NCBI RefSeq assembly: GCF_009914755.1
Contig: NC_060925.1
DNA length: 64,000 nucleotides
Source: the human T2T-CHM13v2.0 reference genome, Homo sapiens
Direction: 5' to 3' (one strand)
Part shown: positions 27,460 to 41,019 of the stretch, piece after piece
Layout of the letters: every line of letters begins with the position of its first letter
How positions within the stretch are numbered: position 1 is the first letter of the stretch
The notes under the pieces: generated by a model
What the model was told of the DNA's origin: nothing
What the model saw: the letters and a program-made list of their open reading frames with translations, nothing else
The model's database searches: none
Made by a program: the position numbers and the translations under genes

Positions 27460-30400
27460 TGAATGGAATCGTCATCGAATGAATTGAATGCAATCATCGA
27501 ATGGTCTCGAATGGAATCATCTTCTAATGGAAAGGAATGGAATCATCGCATAGAATCGAATGGAATTATCATCGAATGGAATCGAATGGTATCAACACCA
27601 AACGGAAAAAAACGGAATTATCGAATGGAATCGAAGAGAATCTTCGAACGGACCCGAATGGAATCATCTAATGGAATGGAATGGAATAATCCATGGACTC
27701 GAATGCAATCATCATCGAATGGAATGGAATGGAATCATCGAATGGACTCGAATGGAATAATCATTGAACGGAATCGAATGGAATCATCATCGGATGGAAA
27801 CGAATGGAATCATCATCGAATGGAAATGAAAGGAGTCATCATCTAATGGAATTGCATGGAATCATCATCAAATGGAATCGAATGGAATCAACATCAAATG
27901 GAATCAAATGGAATCATTGAACGGAATTGAATGGAATCGTCATCGAATGAATTGACTGCAATCATCGAATGGTCTCGAATGGAATCATCTTCAAATGGAA
28001 TGGAATGGAATCATCGCATAGAATCGAATGGAATTATCATCGAATGGAATCGAATGGAATCAACATCAAACGGAAAAAAACGGAATTATCGAATGGAATC
28101 GAAGAGAATCATCGAATGGACCCGAATGGAATCATCTAATGGAATGGAATGGAATAATCCATGGACTCGAATGCAATCATCATCGAATGGAATCGAATGG
28201 AATCATCGAATGGACTCGAATGGAATAATCATTGAATGGAATCGAATGGAATCATCATCGGATGGAAATGAATGGAATCATCATCGAATGGAATCGAATA
28301 GAATTATGGAATGAAATCCAGTGTGATCATCATCGAATGGACCCGAATGGAATCATCATCCAACGGAAGCTAATGGAATCAACATCGAATGAATCGAATG
28401 GAAACACCATCGAATTGAAACGAATGGAATTATCATGAAATTGAAATGGATGGACTCATCATCGAATGGATTCGAATGGAATCATCGAATAAAATTGATT
28501 GAAATCATCATCCAATGGAATCGAATGGTATCATTGAATGGAATCGAATGGAATCATCATCAGATGGAAATGAATGGAATCGTCATAGAATGGAATCGAA
28601 TGGATTCATTGAATGGAATCAGATGGAATCATCGAATGGACTGGAATGGAATCATTGAATGGACTCGAAAGGGATCATTATTGAATGGAATTGAATGGAA
28701 TCATCGAATGGTCTCGATTGGAATCATTATCAAATGGAATCGAATGGAATCACCGAATAGAATCGAATGGAACAATCATCGAATGGACTCAAATGGAATT
28801 ATCCTCCAATGGAATCGAATGGAATTATCGAATGCAATCGAATGGAATTATCGAATGCAATCGAATAGAATCATCGAATGGACTCGAATGGAATCATCGA
28901 ATGGAATGGAATGGAACAGTCAATGAACTCGAATGGAATCATCATTGAATGGAATCGAATGGAATCATCGAGTGGAATCGAATGGAATTATGATCAAATG
29001 GAATCGAATGTAATCATCATCAAATGGAATCAAAAATAACCATCATCAATTGGTATTGAATGGAATTGTCATCAAATGGAATTCAAAGGAATCATCATCA
29101 AATGGAACCGAATGGAATCCTCATTGAATGGAAATGAAAGGGGTCATCATCTAATGGAATCGCATGGAATCATCATCAAATGGAATCGAATGGAATCATC
29201 ATCAAATGGAATCTAATGGAATCATTGAACAGAATTGAATGGAATCGTCATCGAATGAATTGAATGCAATCATCGAATGGTCTCGAATGGAATCATCTTC
29301 TAATGGAAAGGAATGGAATCATCGCATAGAATCGAATGGAATTATCATCGAATGGAATCGAATGGTATCAACACCAAACGGAAAAAAACGGAATTATCGA
29401 ATGGAATCGAAGAGAATCTTCGAACGGACCCGAATGGAATCATCTAATGGAATGGAATGGAATAATCCATGGACTCGAATGCAATCATCATCGAATGGAA
29501 TGGAATGGAATCATCGAATGGACTCGAATGGAATAATCATTGAACGGAATCGAATGGAATCATCATCGGATGGAAACGAATGGAATCATCATCGAATGGA
29601 AATGAAAGGAGTCATCATCTAATGGAATTGCATGGAATCATCATAAAATGGAATCGAATGGAATCAACATCAAATGGAATCAAATGGAATCATTGAACGG
29701 AATTGAATGGAATCGTCATCGAATGAATTGACTGCAATCATCGAATGGTCTCGAATGGAATCATCTTCAAATGGAATGGAATGGAATCATCGCATAGAAT
29801 CGAATGGAATTATCATCGAATGGAATCGAATGGAATCAACATCAAACGGAAAAAAACGGAATTATCGAATGGAATCGAAGAGAATCATCGAATGGACCCG
29901 AATGGAATCATCTAATGGAATGGAATGGAATAATCCATGGACTCGAATGCAATCATCATCGAATGGAATCGAATGGAATCATCGAATGGACTCGAATGGA
30001 ATAATCATTGAACGGAATCGAATGGAATCATCATCGGATGGAAATGAATGGAATCATCATCGAATGGAATCGAATAGAATTATGGAATGAAATCCAGTGT
30101 GATCATCATCGAATGGACCCGAATGGAATCATCATCCAACGGAAGCTAATGGAATCAACATCGAATGAATCGAATGGAAACACCATCGAATTGAAACGAA
30201 TGGAATTATCATGAAATTGAAATGGATGGACTCATCATCGAATGGATTCGAATGGAATCATCGAATAAAATTGATTGAAATCATCATCGAATGGAATCGA
30301 ATGGTATCATTGAATGGAATCGAATGGAATCATCATCAGATGGAAATGAATGGAATCGTCATAGAATGGAATCGAATGGATTCATTGAATGGAATCAGAT

Positions 30401-33400
30401 GGAATCATCGAATGGACTGGAATGGAATCATTGAATGGACTCGAAAGGGATCATGATTGAATGGAATTGAATGGAATCATCGAATGGTCTCGATTGGAAT
30501 CATTATCAAATGGAATCGAATGGAATCACCGAATAGAATCGAATGGAACAATCATCGAATGGACTCAAATGGAATTATCCTCCAATGGAATCGAATGGAA
30601 TTATCAAATGCAATCGAATGGAATTATCGAATGCAATCGAATAGAATCATCGAATGGACTCGAATGGAATCATCGAATGGAATGGAATGGAACAGTCAAT
30701 GAACTCGAATGGAATCATCATTGAATGGAATCGAATGGAATCATCGAGTGGAATCGAATGGAATTATGATCAAATGGAATCGAATGTAATCATCATCAAA
30801 TGGAATCAAAAATAACCATCATCAATTGGTATTGAATGGAATTGTCATCAAATGGAATTCAAAGGAATCATCATCAAATGGAACCGAATGGAATCCTCAT
30901 TGAATGGAAATGAAAGGGGTCATCATCTAATGGAATCGCATGGAATCATCATCAAATGGAATCGAATGGAATCATCATCAAATGGAATCTAATGGAATCA
31001 TTGAACAGAATTGAATGGAATCGTCATCGAATGAATTGAATGCAATCATCGAATGGTCTCGAATGGAATCATCTTCTAATGGAAAGGAATGGAATCATCG
31101 CATAGAATCGAATGGAATTATCATCGAATGGAATCGAATGGTATCAACACCAAACGGAAAAAAACGGAATTATCGAATGGAATCGAAGAGAATCTTCGAA
31201 CGGACCCGAATGGAATCATCTAATGGAATGGAATGGAATAATCCATGGACTCGAATGCAATCATCATCGAATGGAATGGAATGGAATCATCGAATGGACT
31301 CGAATGGAATAATCATTGAACGGAATCGAATGGAGTCATCATCGGATGGAAACGAATGGAATCATCATCGAATGGAAATGAAAGGAGTCATCATCTAATG
31401 GAATTGCATGGAATCATCATAAAATGGAATCGAATGGAATCAACATCAAATGGAATCAAATGGAATCATTGAACGGAATTGAATGGAATCGTCATCGAAT
31501 GAATTGACTGCAATCATCGAATGGTCTCGAATGGAATCATCTTCAAATGGAATGGAATGGAATCATCGCATAGAATCGAATGGAATTATCATCGAATGGA
31601 ATCGAATGGAATCAACATCAAACGGAAAAAAACGGAATTATCGAATGGAATCGAAGAGAATCATCGAATGGACCCGAATGGAATCATCTAATGGAATGGA
31701 ATGGAATAATCCATGGACTCGAATGCAATCATCATCGAATGGAATCGAATGGAATCATCGAATGGACTCGAATGGAATAATCATTGAACGGAATCAAATG
31801 GAATCATCATCGGATGGAAATGAATGGAATCATCATCGAATGGAATCGAATATAATTATGGAATGAAATCCAGTGTGATCATCATCGAATGGACCCGAAT
31901 GGAATCATCATCCAACGGAAGCTAATGGAATCAACATCGAATGAATCGAATGGAAACACCATCGAATTGAAACGAATGGAATTATCATGAAATTGAAATG
32001 GATGGACTCATCATCGAATGGATTCGAATGGAATCATCGAATAAAATTGATTGAAATCATCATCGAATGGAATCGAATGGTATCATTGAATGGAATCGAA
32101 TGGAATCATCATCAGATGGAAATGAATGGAATCGTCATAGAATGGAATCGAATGGATTCATTGAATGGAATCAGATGGAATCATCGAATGGACTGGAATG
32201 GAATCATTGAATGGACTCGAAAGGGATCATGATTGAATGGAATTGAATGGAATCATCGAATGGTCTCGATTGGAATCATTATCAAATGGAATCGAATGGA
32301 ATCACCGAATAGAATCGAATGGAACAATCATCGAATGGACTCAAATGGAATTATCCTCCAATGGAATCGAATGGAATTATCGAATGCAATCGAATGGAAT
32401 TATCGAATGCAATCGAATAGAATCATCGAATGGACTCGAATGGAATCATCGAATGGAATGGAATGGAACAGTCAATGAACTCGAATGGAATCATCATTGA
32501 ATGGAATCGAATGGAATCATCGAGTGGAATCGAATGGAATTATGATCAAATGGAATCGAATGTAATCATCATCAAATGGAATCAAAAATAACCATCATCA
32601 ATTGGTATTGAATGGAATTGTCATCAAATGGAATTCAAAGGAATCATTATCAAATGGAACCGAATGGAATCCTCATTGAATGGAAATGAAAGGGGTCATC
32701 ATCTAATGGAATCGCATGGAATCATCATCAAATGGAATCGAATGGAATCATCATCAAATGGAATCTAATGGAATCATTGAACAGAATTGAATGGAATCGT
32801 CATCGAATGAATTGAATGCAATCATCGAATGGTCTCGAATGGAATCATCTTCTAATGGAAAGGAATGGAATCATCGCATAGAATCGAATGGAATTATCAT
32901 CGAATGGAATCGAATGGTATCAACACCAAACGGAAAAAAACGGAATTATCGAATGGAATCGAAGAGAATCTTCGAACGGACCCGAATGGAATCATCTAAT
33001 GGAATGGAATGGAATAATCCATGGACTCGAATGCAATCATCATCGAATGGAATCGACTGGAATCATCGAATGGACTCGAATGGAATAATCATTGAACGGA
33101 ATCGAATGGAATCATCATCGGGTGGAAACGAATGGAATCATCATCGAATGGAAATGAAAGGAGTCATCATCTAATGGAATTGCATGGAATCATCATCAAA
33201 TGGAATCGAATGGAATCAGCATCAAATGGAATCAAATGGAATCATTGAACGGAATTGAATGGAATCGTCATCGAATGAATTGACTGCAATCATCGAATGG
33301 TCTCGAATGGAATCATCTTCAAATGGAATGGAATGGAATCATCGCATAGAATCGAATGGAATTATCATCGAATGGAATCGAATGGAATCAACATCAAACG

Positions 33401-36400
33401 GAAAAAAACGGAATTATCGAATGGAATCGAAGAGAATCATCGAATGGACCCGAATGGAATCATCTAATGGAATGGAATGGAATAATCCATGGACTCGAAT
33501 GCAATCATCATCGAATGGAATCGAATGGAATCATCGAATGGACTCGAATGGAATAATCATTGAACGGAATCGAATGGAATCATCATCGGATGGAAATGAA
33601 TGGAATCATCATCGAATGGAATCGAATAGAATTATGGAATGAAATCCAGTGTGATCATCATCGAATGGACCCGAATGGAATCATCATCCAACGGAAGCTA
33701 ATGGAATCAACATCGAATGAATCGAATGGAAACACCATCGAATTGAAACGAATGGAATTATCATGAAATTGAAATGGATGGACTCATCATCGAATGGATT
33801 CGAATGGAATCATCGAATAAAATTGGTTGAAATCATCATCCAATGGAATCGAATGGTATCATTGAATGGAATCGAATGGAATCATCATCAGATGGAAATG
33901 AATGGAATCGTCATAGAATGGAATCGAATGGATTCATTGAATGGAATCAGATGGAATCATCGAATGGACTGGAATGGAATCATTGAATGGACTCGAAAGG
34001 GATCATGATTGAATGGAATTGAATGGAATCATCGAATGGTCTCGATTGGAATCATTATCAAATGGAATCGAATGGAATCACCGAATAGAATCGAATGGAA
34101 CAATCATCGAATGGACTCAAATGGAATTATCCTCCAATGGAATCGAATGGAATTATCGAATGCAATCGAATGGAATTATCGAATGCAATCGAATAGAATC
34201 ATCGAATGGACTCGAATGGAATCATCGAATGGAATGGAATGGAACAGTCAATGAACTCGAATGGAATCATCATTGAATGGAATCGAATGGAATCATCGAG
34301 TGGAATCGAATGGAATTATGATCAAATGGAATCGAATGTAATCCTCATCAAATGGAATCAAAAATAACCATCATCAATTGGTATTGAATGGAATTGTCAT
34401 CAAATGGAATTCAAAGGAATCATCATCAAATGGAACCGAATGGAATCCTCATTGAATGGAAATGAAAGGGGTCATCATCTAATGGAATCGCATGGAATCA
34501 TCATCAAATGGAATCGAATGGAATCATCATCAAATGGAATCTAATGGAATCATTGAACAGAATTGAATGGAATCGTCATCGAATGAATTGAATGCAATCA
34601 TCGAATGGTCTCGAATGGAATCATCTTCTAATGGAAAGGAATGGAATCATCGCATAGAATCGAATGGAATTATCATCGAATGGAATCGAATGGTATCAAC
34701 ACCAAACGGAAAAAAACGGAATTATCGAATGGAATCGAAGAGAATCTTCGAACGGACCCGAATGGAATCATCTAATGGAATGGAATGGAATAATCCATGG
34801 ACTCGAATGCAATCATCATCGAATGGAATGGAATGGAATCATCGAATGGACTCGAATGGAATAATCATTGAACGGAATCGAATGGAATCATCATCGGATG
34901 GAAACGAATGGAATCATCATCGAATGGAAATGAAAGGAGTCATCATCTAATGGAATTGCATGGAATCATCATAAAATGGAATCGAATGGAATCAACATCA
35001 AATGGAATCAAATGGAATCATTGAACGGAATTGAATGGAATCGTCATCGAATGAATTGACTGCAATCATCGAATGGTCTCGAATGGAATCATCTTCAAAT
35101 GGAATGGAATGGAATCATCGCATAGAATCGAATGGAATTATCATCGAATGGAATCGAATGGAATCAACATCAAACGGAAAAAAACGGAATTATCGAATGG
35201 AATCGAAGAGAATCATCGAATGGACCCGAATGGAATCATCTAATGGAATGGAATGGAATAATCCATGGACTCGAATGCAATCATCATCGAATGGAATCGA
35301 ATGGAATCATCGAATGGACTCGAATGGAATAATCATTGAACGGAATCGAATGGAATCATCATCGGATGGAAATGAATGGAATCATCATCGAATGGAATCG
35401 AATAGAATTATGGAATGAAATCCAGTGTGATCATCATCGAATGGACCCGAATGGAATCATCATCCAACGGAAGCTAATGGAATCAACATCGAATGAATCG
35501 AATGGAAACACCATCGAATTGAAACGAATGGAATTATCATGAAATTGAAATGGATGGACTCATCATCGAATGGATTCGAATGGAATCATCGAATAAAATT
35601 GATTGAAATCATCATCGAATGGAATCGAATGGTATCATTGAATGGAATCGAATGGAATCATCATCAGATGGAAATGAATGGAATCGTCATAGAATGGAAT
35701 CGAATGGATTCATTGAATGGAATCAGATGGAATCATCGAATGGACTGGAATGGAATCATTGAATGGACTCGAAAGGGATCATGATTGAATGGAATTGAAT
35801 GGAATCATCGAATGGTCTCGATTGGAATCATTATCAAATGGAATCGAATGGAATCACCGAATAGAATCGAATGGAACAATCATCGAATGGACTCAAATGG
35901 AATTATCCTCCAATGGAATCGAATGGAATTATCAAATGCAATCGAATGGAATTATCGAATGCAATCGAATAGAATCATCGAATGGACTCGAATGGAATCA
36001 TCGAATGGAATGGAATGGAACAGTCAATGAACTCGAATGGAATCATCATTGAATGGAATCGAATGGAATCATCGAGTGGAATCGAATGGAATTATGATCA
36101 AATGGAATCGAATGTAATCCTCATCAAATGGAATCAAAAATAACCATCATCAATTGGTATTGAATGGAATTGTCATCAAATGGAATTCAAAGGAATCATC
36201 ATCAAATGGAACCGAATGGAATCCTCATTGAATGGAAATGAAAGGGGTCATCATCTAATGGAATCGCATGGAATCATCATCAAATGGAATCGAATGGAAT
36301 CATCATCAAATGGAATCTAATGGAATCATTGAACAGAATTGAATGGAATCGTCATCGAATGAATTGAATGCAATCATCGAATGGTCTCGAATGGAATCAT

Positions 36401-38400
36401 CTTCTAATGGAAAGGAATGGAATCATCGCATAGAATCGAATGGAATTATCATCGAATGGAATCGAATGGTATCAACACCAAACGGAAAAAAACGGAATTA
36501 TCGAATGGAATCGAAGAGAATCTTCGAACGGACCCGAATGGAATCATCTAATGGAATGGAATGGAATAATCCATGGACTCGAATGCAATCATCATCGAAT
36601 GGAATGGAATGGAATCATCGAATGGACTCGAATGGAATAATCATTGAACGGAATCGAATGGAATCATCATCGGATGGAAACGAATGGAATCATCATCGAA
36701 TGGAAATGAAAGGAGTCATCATCTAATGGAATTGCATGGAATCATCATAAAATGGAATCGAATGGAATCAACATCAAATGGAATCAAATGGAATCATTGA
36801 ACGGAATTGAATGGAATCGTCATCGAATGAATTGACTGCAATCATCGAATGGTCTCGAATGGAATCATCTTCAAATGGAATGGAATGGAATCATCGCATA
36901 GAATCGAATGGAATTATCATCGAATGGAATCGAATGGAATCAACATCAAACGGAAAAAAACGGAATTATCGAATGGAATCGAAGAGAATCATCGAATGGA
37001 CCCGAATGGAATCATCTAATGGAATGGAATGGAATAATCCATGGACTCGAATGCAATCATCATCGAATGGAATCGAATGGAATCATCGAATGGACTCGAA
37101 TGGAATAATCATTGAACGGAATCAAATGGAATCATCATCGGATGGAAATGAATGGAATCATCATCGAATGGAATCGAATATAATTATGGAATGAAATCCA
37201 GTGTGATCATCATCGAATGGACCCGAATGGAATCATCATCCAACGGAAGCTAATGGAATCAACATCGAATGAATCGAATGGAAACACCATCGAATTGAAA
37301 CGAATGGAATTATCATGAAATTGAAATGGATGGACTCATCATCGAATGGATTCGAATGGAATCATCGAATAAAATTGATTGAAATCATCATCGAATGGAA
37401 TCGAATGGTATCATTGAATGGAATCGAATGGAATCATCATCAGATGGAAATGAATGGAATCGTCATAGAATGGAATCGAATGGATTCATTGAATGGAATC
37501 AGATGGAATCATCGAATGGACTGGAATGGAATCATTGAATGGACTCGAAAGGGATCATGATTGAATGGAATTGAATGGAATCATCGAATGGTCTCGATTG
37601 GAATCATTATCAAATGGAATCGAATGGAATCACCGAATAGAATCGAATGGAACAATCATCGAATGGACTCAAATGGAATTATCCTCCAATGGAATCGAAT
37701 GGAATTATCGAATGCAATCGAATGGAATTATCGAATGCAATCGAATAGAATCATCGAATGGACTCGAATGGAATCATCGAATGGAATGGAATGGAACAGT
37801 CAATGAACTCGAATGGAATCATCATTGAATGGAATCGAATGGAATCATCGAGTGGAATCGAATGGAATTATGATCAAATGGAATCGAATGTAATCATCAT
37901 CAAATGGAATCAAAAATAACCATCATCAATTGGTATTGAATGGAATTGTCATCAAATGGAATTCAAAGGAATCATCATCAAATGGAACCGAATGGAATCC
38001 TCATTGAATGGAAATGAAAGGGGTCATCATCTAATGGAATCGCATGGAATCATCATCAAATGGAATCGAATGGAATCATCATCAAATGGAATCTAATGGA
38101 ATCATTGAACAGAATTGAATGGAATCGTCATCGAATGAATTGAATGCAATCATCGAATGGTCTCGAATGGAATCATCTTCTAATGGAAAGGAATGGAATC
38201 ATCGCATAGAATCGAATGGAATTATCATCGAATGGAATCGAATGGTATCAACACCAAACGGAAAAAAACGGAATTATCGAATGGAATCGAAGAGAATCTT
38301 CGAACGGACCCGAATGGAATCATCTAATGGAATGGAATGGAATAATCCATGGACTCGAATGCAATCATCATCGAATGGAATCGAATGGAATCATCGAATG
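27460..38400 (+). repeat. Imperfect 5,328-bp (3-unit) super-repeat
   Basis: Variants recur at +5,328: CATCAAA for CATAAAA 27869/33197, TATCAAATGC 30606/35934, GGAATCAAATG 31796/37124, GAATATAATT 31853/37181. Boundaries are approximate. Confidence 0.78.
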
Positions 38401-39711
38401 GACTCGAATGGAATAATCATTGAACGGAATCGAATGGAATCATTATCAGATGGAAACGAATGGAATCATCATCGAATGGAAATGAAAGGAGTCATCATCT
38501 AATGGAATTGCATGGAATCATCATAAAATGGAATCGAATGGAATCAACATCAAATGGAATCAAATGGAATCATTGAACGGAATTGAATGGAATCGTCATC
38601 GAATGAATTGACTGCAATCATCGAATGGTCTCGAATGGAATCATCTTCAAATGGAATGGAATGGAATCATCGCATAGAATCGAATGGAATTATCATCGAA
38701 TGGAATCGAATGGAATCAACATCCAACGGAAAAAAACGGAATTATCGTATGGAATCGAAGAGAATCATCGAATGGACCCGAATGGAATCATCTAATGGAA
38801 TGGAATGGAATAATCCATGGACTCGAATGCAATCATCATCGAATGGAATCGAATGGAATCATCGAATGGACTCGAATGGAATAATCATTGAACGGAATCG
38901 AATGGAATCATCATCGGATGGAAATGAATGGAATCATCATCGAATGGAATCGAATAGAATTATGGAATGAAATCCAGTGTGATCATCATCGAATGGACCC
39001 GAATGGAATCATCATCCAACGGAAGCTAATGGAATCAACATCGAATGAATCGAATGGAAACACCATCGAATTGAAACGAATGGAATTATCATGAAATTGA
39101 AATGGATGGACTCATCATCGAATGGATTCGAATGGAATCATCGAATAAAATTGATTGAAATCATCATCAAATGGAATCGAATGGTATCATTGAATGGAAT
39201 CGAATGGAATCATCATCAGATGGAAATGAATGGAATCGTCATAGAATGGAATCGAATGGATTCATTGAATGGAATCAGATGGAATCATCGAATGGACTGG
39301 AATGGAATCATTGAATGGACTCGAAAGGGATCATGATTGAATGGAATTGAATGGAATCATCGAATGGTCTCGATTGGAATCATTATCAAATGGAATCGAA
39401 TGGAATCACCGAATAGAATCGAATGGAACAATCATCGAATGGACTCAAATGGAATTATCCTTAAATGGAATCGAATGGAATTATCGAATGCAATCGAATA
39501 GAATCATCGAATGGACTCGAATGGAATCATCGAATGGAATGGAATGGAACAGTCAATGAACTCGAATGGAATCATCATTGAATGGAATCGAATGGAATCA
39601 TCGAGTGGAATCGAATGGAATTATGACCAAATGGAATCGAATGTAATCCTCATCAAATGGAATCAAAAATAACCATCAGCAATTCGTATTGAATGGAATT
39701 CTCATCAAATG

Positions 39712-41019
39712 GAATTCAAAGGAATCATCATCAAATGGAACCGAAAGGAATCCTCATTGAATGGAAATGAAAGGGGTCATCATCTAATGGAATTGCATGG
39801 AATCATCATCAAATGGAATCGAATGGAATCAACATCAAATGGAATCAAATGGAATCATTGAACGGAATTGAATGGAATCGTCATCGAATGAATTGACTGC
39901 AATCATCGAATGGTCTCGAATGGAATCATCTTCAAATGGAATGGAATGGAATCATCGCATAGAATCGAATGGAATTATCATCGAATGGAATCGAATGGAA
40001 TCAACATCAAACGGAAAAAAACAGAATTATCGTATGGAATCGAAGAGAATCATCGAATGGACCCGAATGGAATCATCTAATGGAATGGAATGGAATAATC
40101 CATGGACTCGAATGCAATCATCATCGAATGGAATCGAATGGAATCATCGAATGGACTCGAATGGAATAATCATTGAACGGAATCGAATGGAATCATCATC
40201 GGATGGAAATGAATGGAATCATCATCGAATGGAATCGAATAGAATTATGGAATGAAATCCAGTGTGATCATCATCGAATGGACCCGAATGGAATCATCAT
40301 CCAACGGAAGCTAATGGAATCAACATCGAATGAATCGAATGGAAACACCATCGAATTGAAACGAATGGAATTATCATGAAATTGAAATGGATGGACTCAT
40401 CATCGAATGGATTCGAATGGAATCATCGAATAAAATTGGTTGAAATCATCATCCAATGGAATCGAATGGTATCATTGAATGGAATCGAATGGAATCATCA
40501 TCAGATGGAAATGAATGGAATCGTCATAGAATGGAATCGAATGGATTCATTGAATGGAATCAGATGGAATCATCGAATGGACTGGAATGGAATCATTGAA
40601 TGGACTCGAAAGGGATCATGATTGAATGGAATTGAATGGAATCATCGAATGGTCTCGATTGGAATCATTATCAAATGGAATCGAATGGAATCACCGAATA
40701 GAATCGAATGGAACAATCATCGAATGGACTCAAATGGAATTATCCTCCAATGGAATCGAATGGAATTATCGAATGCAATCGAATGGAATTATCGAATGCA
40801 ATCGAATAGAATCATCGAAAGGACTCGAATGCAATCATCGAATGGAATGGAATGGAACAGTCAATGAACTCGAATGGAATCATCATTGAATGGAATCCAA
40901 TGGAATCATCGAGTGGAATCGAATGGAATTATGATCAAATGGAATCGAATGTAATCATCATCAAATGGAATCAAAAATAACCATCATCAATTGGTATTGA
41001 ATGGAATTGTCATCAAATG
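39712..41019 (+). repeat. Short 1,308-bp unit lacking one 468-bp sub-block
   Basis: Canonical EcoRI sites at 39712 and 41020. After AGGGGTCATCATCTAATGG the sequence continues with AATTGCATGG and the B-type block (39872); no A block is present. Confidence 0.92.
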
